A stretch of DNA of 63,618 bases, counting the filler, from Collodictyon triciliatum (Eukaryota), in assembly GCA_043381765.1 (NCBI GenBank). It is 7 parts of 7 records of this genome, joined end to end, with 100 filler letters (N's around TTAATTAATTAA, not from the genome) between each part and the next. Parts side by side here need not be neighbours in the genome. Positions count along the whole stretch, not along the records: positions 55,622 to 63,618 come from JBHJMP010003634.1; 6 more parts are not named here. One strand, written 5' to 3'. Numbering within the stretch: position 1 is the first letter of the stretch; every line of letters begins with the position of its first letter. The position numbers were made by a program, and so were the translations under genes. The notes under the pieces are model-generated. The model searched no databases. It saw only the letters and a list, made by a program, of their open reading frames with translations, and was not told the DNA's origin. Below are positions 59,391 to 63,618 of the stretch, one piece after another.

Positions 59391-59767
59391 TGATAGCAAT
59401 AATGATTTAAAGAAATGTGCCGGATTTGCGCCAAAGAGTAAACAAAATCAGTGCCGAGAAGGAAACCTTAAAACTATGATGGCAATAAAACTCGCCCTCT
59501 CTGTTCTGCTCCCATATGCGAACCGACTGATCTGACGAGCAGGTGGCAATGCGCTTTCCATAGAAATCATAGGCGACATCGTGAACGATTTCGTCGTGTT
59601 GAGAAAGGAAGCGGTGATGTGTGCGCTAGTATACAAGTAGCAAAACGCGGTGAGGAATCCATTCGTCATGATGATCAACAGCAGCGATAGCTTCATAAGG
59701 TTGCCTTAGGCTGCAGACTTTATCATGCCAGGGAAAGAAGAGGGACAAAAGCTGGTCTTACCATCAT
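58567..59767 (-). CDS. SEH1: Nucleoporin / GATOR2 subunit SEH1 (WD40), N-terminal half; continues into the gap
   Basis: [40 protein letters not shown]...[28 protein letters not shown]...[45 protein letters not shown]. Confidence 0.95.
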
Positions 59768-60572
59768 CTTTGATCCACTTCCAACCTTCCCTCTTTTTTC
59801 TTTCCTGAAGCCCTAAAAGAATACGCAAGGGTGAGCATTGCCTTTGGAGGCTAAAAGGAACGCGTTTGACAGAGATTATATCCGAGACACAAGGAGGCGC
59901 GCAAAGATGAGTCATAGATCCCCAGTCTGAGAAGCGTGATGGGTCTCTGCTTGTATGTGCGGCTTTTAAGTGAGCAGCGGGTAAAAGATAACGGATGTGT
60001 ATCTGCGCTTGTTGGCTTTGCAAGAATCTACCGCCTTTCAGAGCTGTTTGCTTTGTGGGTCTTTGGGAAGGCGCGAGCGTGTCGCAAATAATGAAGGCAA
60101 CTCGGCTGTTTGCCAGAATATAAGAAATACAAGCACACAACACAGCATATATATAAGTTTAAGTGCAGCACGGGGAAAGGCAGTGCGACACAAGTCCACC
60201 CACGCAGAAGTAAACAAGTCAATTGGTTCACTTTTCAGCTTTAGTAATTAGTTATAAAAAAAAAAAAGGGAATGAGGGAGATGGGTTGTTTTGTGTTGGG
60301 TTGTGGCGATTTGATATGGACTCAAAGAGTGCTTCTTGTTCGTGTGTTTTTGTTCTTGTAGGATAGGATGGGAATGATATAATGCATCATGTGATGTTAC
60401 TTTGCTAGGGCGATGTTGTGTGAGTTCAACAGGCTGGTGATCTGATCCACTCCAACAGACCCGACGTATTTACCCAATCCTTCTCTGTGTGCAAATGCTG
60501 CAAAGGTCTTTGCATTAGTAGATTGTCCTTATGTAATTCCTTTTTTCTATTTTTTTTCTTCCTGCTTTTCTC

Positions 60573-63505
60573 TCAAAAAAATTGAACTAGCAAGGTTTCG
60601 TTGAAATGAAGAGTTGTGTGCAGATAGTGTGAAACCCTTACATCTAATCCATCAAAAACAGGAAGCTTGATAAGGGTTGGATAATCCTTCCATAGCCGCA
60701 AATCCCACATGGCCAGCTCCAATTTCATGACTGGCTCTGTGTCTGTCGATGCGAGATAACTCAGATAAGACTTTGGAATTTGCGCGTCGTCGATGCTACA
60801 GATGATGTGATGTGAAAATGATGTACCACTTTGTTTCGCCTTTACTAAACGTTGAAAGTGACTATGGCACTTGATTAAATGTGTATGACACAAACGAAAA
60901 AGAAAAAAGAAGCAGAAACAGGCAGAAGATTATGTTAAAGAGTTGCATATCAAACATCTTCGACTTACTAGTCCTTTTGGAATTGGTTTAGAATTTGCCA
61001 CTTTTGCCTGTTACTAATACATTTAGTTGTGAGGGTCCTAAGAGAACCCTCGTTCTTTTCACATGTCAATAAATTAATTGCGTCGTTTGTGTGCTGAAGC
61101 TGCGCTCTGGGTTTCAAAAGGTATATTAGGGAATAATTAACGAGGAAAAACAATAATCGTTTTTTTTTCGAGAACCTCCCGACCAAACATCGAATTCGTA
61201 GGATGCATCTGAATTACGAATATAGGTGTCAATAGGAGAAAAGATAACGATGATTGCTTACGATATGAGCTCCAATCCAAAGGATTTTGGTAGCGAACGA
61301 AATAACCACAAAACCAAAACAGATATTTGTCCTTTCATATCCGCAGCAGTGGTGAAGCAACACAATGCTTGAAGAAAAAGAAGATTGAAAATTGAATAGA
61401 AGTATATAATGCATATAAATGATATATCTTCGTGTCATTAACAAATTGATTAAACTTTGGTTGCAGTCAAATATTTTTGGCAAGAAATGAATTACATGGA
61501 GTTCTCAAGTACGAGTTGAAGAGCATGGCATTAATGTGTTTGTACAAGTACAAAAACCAATGTTCGATTGTTGTGGTTGGTAACTTGTGTTCGAGAAGGA
61601 CATTTAACTTCTTTTCTAACCACTTGCAAGTCTCTTCTAGGCTTGGCTGGCTGTTACAGTATCGAAAAGCAGCGACACGATAAAGTTGTTTTAAAAATGA
61701 CATCAATAATACTCTAAATAAACCTGCATGATTTATCAGTTCACGAATAGGAAAATAAAGGGGGTAGAGCATGTAGGGCACGAATAAAAAAAAAAATCCA
61801 TTTCAATCTGCTAGCACCTTTGCTGGGGTCCACAAGATATACTATCGAGGTAGTTCATTATCATATCTTCCAAATTCTGTTGAATAGGAAAAGTGCAATT
61901 ATTTTTGGCAATACAAAAATAACTTTAAATCCAATGAAGCGGGAAATGATGAAACAATTTAAGAAAGTTGTTTGTTAGGAAAGTGTTACATATATAATTA
62001 TTTTAAAACAATGCGAATCGAGACAATGTAATTTGAGTCTCTAAATAAAAATATATCTTACTATAGCCCATATCCCAAATATTTCTTGTATGAGGACGTC
62101 CTTGATTTGACACAAGTATTCGCACGTAGATTTGAAGAAAAGGGGCTCCCCTGTCTTCTCAAAGTAACACAATAATACCATAATTGAGTTTAGGTAGAAA
62201 AGAAGCCAATTTTCATTTCCCTTCTTCACCTAAGCCCGAGAGATATGAAACATATTAATCAGTCCTAAATATATATAGCTTACAATTAGCTCAGATTAAC
62301 ATCGTTACTAGCAATCACCAATTACCTGTATACAACCCTCGATGCCGGCTAGATAATAATTCACATATTCCTTTTTCGTTTCATCGTCTTGGTCGTTGAT
62401 TTTTAAAAGCATGAAGTAACATGGAACCGGAACGCTGTTTTTTGCATAATCGATGGATGGCCATTCTCGTGTCAGTTTTCGAACAATTCTGGTTCTATTA
62501 TGCTTGCCTGTTGGAAAATTCGAGGAGATGAAATTATGGTGAAAAATCACCGAAATAATAAATTTTATACAGTCAACTACACTTTGCATCACTCACGAAT
62601 TATGTGCGAATACATCACCCAAAAGTGAGAAAGAAAAAAATTTGGTTTTTTCTCTTTTCTAATATTTATACTTAAAATAGTAGCCTGTCGCTCAACTGCG
62701 CCAAACTCTTTCCCAAGATTTGATTCCTGGATTTATATGGTATCAGATATTACAATGACAATAATTAGTTATGGAAAAGACATGTTAATATATGTAAATC
62801 ATTTTTTTGTCGACATAAGTGCATAAAAAATATTGGAATAAAGCATACATAAATGGGTGAAATAGTTCCACTAGATTCGTGTATGGAGCTTGGATTGGAA
62901 TGAGTGCCATCACGACGCAAGTTGTATTGGAAATAATCATTGCTTATCGTTCTTCCTGTGCGCGTGGTCGAGGGCGAAATATCTGCAGATGAACTATTTG
63001 ACACGGTGGACGTTCCATCGCTTGAGTTTGATCGAGAAGTTTTGTCTCTTCCTGGAAGCTAATGAGAAGAAAAAAAGAAATTTTATTTATTTATTTTAAA
63101 CTAAAACCAGTGTGCTTACACTATAATTCGAAAAGATGAATAGAATACATCATCCACAGGCTTAAGGAACTTCCATTCAAATTTTGGCGTCGTGTGGTCG
63201 ATTACGCGAAGGGGCGGGCTAAGCAAAGGAACATGAGTAGGAGCATCTGTGATTATAGATTCTGATGTGATGATTCTCGTTTCCTGAATGGGTATTGTTT
63301 GCTCTAAATCATCCATGTAAAATGGAACTGCATCGACTTGAGGATCTTGGTTATGTGCTTCCGATTCCCTTTCTTCTTCGCTGCTTTCAGAGAAAATCTC
63401 ATCCTCTTCAGAACTGACTTGTTGCGAAGACCATACCCAATATCGATTGCTATCATGTGTAATGACTCCGTCTAATGGATTGGCTGCGACGTTAGGAATA
63501 TGACT
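60573..63505 (-). CDS. DIL (Dilute / myosin-V globular-tail-like) domain protein, 5' incomplete
   Basis: NWLLFYLNSIMVLLCYF, IEHWFLYLYKHINAMLFNSYL, AADMKGQISVLVLWL and AQLQHTNDAINLL match the DIL/GTD pattern. The upstream region is acidic and Ser-rich. The exact 3' end is uncertain. Confidence 0.65.
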
Positions 63506-63507
63506 TT

Positions 63508-63618
63508 TTGCTTGTGCTTGTGCTTGTGCTTGTGCTTGTGCTTGTGCTTGTGCTTGTGCTTGTGCTTGTGCTTGTGCTTGTGCTTGTGCTTGTGCTTGTG
63601 CTTGTGCTTGTGCTTGTG
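63508..63618. repeat. (GCTTGT)n microsatellite
   Basis: Direct hexamer repeat running to the window end. Confidence 0.97.

Noticed and set aside
59488..59497. GC donor (G|GCGAGT) in SEH1
   Set aside because: The frame reads through as [10 protein letters not shown] to a normal GT donor that matches the SEH1 alignment.
63508..63618. Terminal (GCTTGT)n as a telomere
   Set aside because: Other scaffold ends carry different SSRs, and it interrupts a 5'-incomplete gene.

Overview
Eukaryotic (protist-like, intron-rich, AT-rich, microsatellite-dense) draft assembly. The window is not one locus. It is seven scaffolds (about 15 kb, then six of about 8.0 kb) joined by artificial N-TTAATTAATTAA-N linkers, so synteny across linkers means nothing. 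I spliced the genes by hand using GT/GC-AG sites and the standard code. Scaffold 1: a coiled-coil/repeat/PX-BAR sorting nexin, a BAR-RasGAP and a Sel1-repeat protein. Scaffold 2: a GT8-like+GT64 fusion glycosyltransferase and a TMEM104-like amino-acid transporter. Scaffold 3: a GT8 glycosyltransferase head-to-head with a 2x(TM+cyclase) protein. Scaffold 4: a run of three broken genes (LINE ORF1-like, FG-GAP, WD40) and a membrane-anchored bZIP factor. Scaffold 5: a spliced paired/Tc1-like HTH gene and a coiled-coil protein with a degenerate cyclase domain. Scaffold 6: a second 2x(TM+cyclase) paralog and a rhodanese. Scaffold 7: phosphoserine phosphatase, SEH1 and a DIL-domain protein. Most notable: all five class III cyclase domains in three genes lack the catalytic residue set but keep intact spliced frames, and two paralogs share identical 24/29/14-nt micro-exons. 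Also notable are a possibly domesticated Pax-like transposase HTH and the GT8/GT64 fusion. Family calls come from motif recognition by eye; no searches were run.
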